Below are positions 63,364 to 64,000 of a DNA stretch of 64,000 nucleotides, one piece after another. Positions within the stretch are counted from its first letter, which is position 1; each line of letters starts with the position of its first letter. Origin of the DNA: Azolla caroliniana. Taxonomy: Eukaryota; Plantae; Polypodiophyta. Position numbers and translations under genes: made by a program. The notes under the pieces were generated by a model. The model was not told the origin of the DNA and did no database searches. It worked only from the letters and a program-made list of their open reading frames with translations. The DNA is taken from the NCBI GenBank assembly GCA_043228905.1, contig JBHGNT010000012.1, positions 3,596,001 to 3,660,000 on the forward strand. The letters are read 5' to 3'.

Positions 63364-64000
63364 AGCATATACATTAAAGCAACACGACAATACCAAAAAT
63401 AGTGAGTATTTCAAGCAAGGTAAACTCTATATGGTTTCGTAATATTAGCGGACACAAACACAACTCATATGAGGACAAGGTGTCATAGAGGTCAATTGCA
63501 AAAATAGGCAAATACATTCCTTTCACTTTACTGTCACACACAAACACAACACATTCCACTTGTGACAAATAGGGTTGAGTCGCACTCTCGCCCATTCAAG
63601 TATGCTCTTTTGGATTGCAACAGTTATCCGTTGAGAAATGGTTATGATAACAAATAAATGTTATACATGAACTAGGTACAAAGCATCAAAGACTAACGAA
63701 GAACCTTATGGGCAATGAAACTCTCTAGGGAACCTCAAGAAATAAAGCTCTTATAAAAGGACCCACTAAAAGGGCCAAATACATAAATAATTTGATGGTT
63801 GCATTGTGATTACTTAACTTTGATTTCAAGTGGCTACAATCGTTCATGCTACAAAAACTTTGGGTGTTTGTTGCCACTCACCAAAGTCAATGATGATTGT
63901 TCATCTTGACAAGTCCCTCATTACGCAACAAGCTCCTTGATGACGCTAGCATCAACTTGCATAGATCAAGCACCACTAGACTCATTAGCTTGAAAATCAA

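Overview
Eukaryotic nuclear DNA from a land plant. The gene set, GT-AG introns and a plastid-derived fragment support this; a fern or other seed-free plant is an unverified guess. Five spliced or intronless host genes can be reconstructed. (1) ABCG11/WBC11-like half ABC transporter (+, 2378-7488, 11 exons). (2) Protein phosphatase 1 inhibitor-2 (-, 9081-14610, 4 exons). (3) DUF760/At3g17800-like protein (+, 18216-22264, 6 exons). (4) VFB/SKIP2-like F-box-LRR protein (-, 27135-28715). (5) LAZ1-homolog/TMEM184 (DUF300) protein (-, 39143-60563), whose last intron is about 17.9 kb. That intron is the most unusual part of the window. It holds a head-to-tail array of a two-ORF APE-RT non-LTR retrotransposon (4932-bp unit) arranged like a pseudo-LTR element: 3' fragment, full unit, full unit. 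It also holds a LINE fragment flanked by a ~190-bp direct repeat, about seven stacked LINE 3' ends, two inverted hAT-type MITEs, an older LINE relic and a plastid psbT fragment. The rest of the window contains minisatellites, microsatellites, hAT-type MITEs, further LINE relics and introns built from degenerate tandem repeats. All coordinates were read by eye and may be a few bases off.
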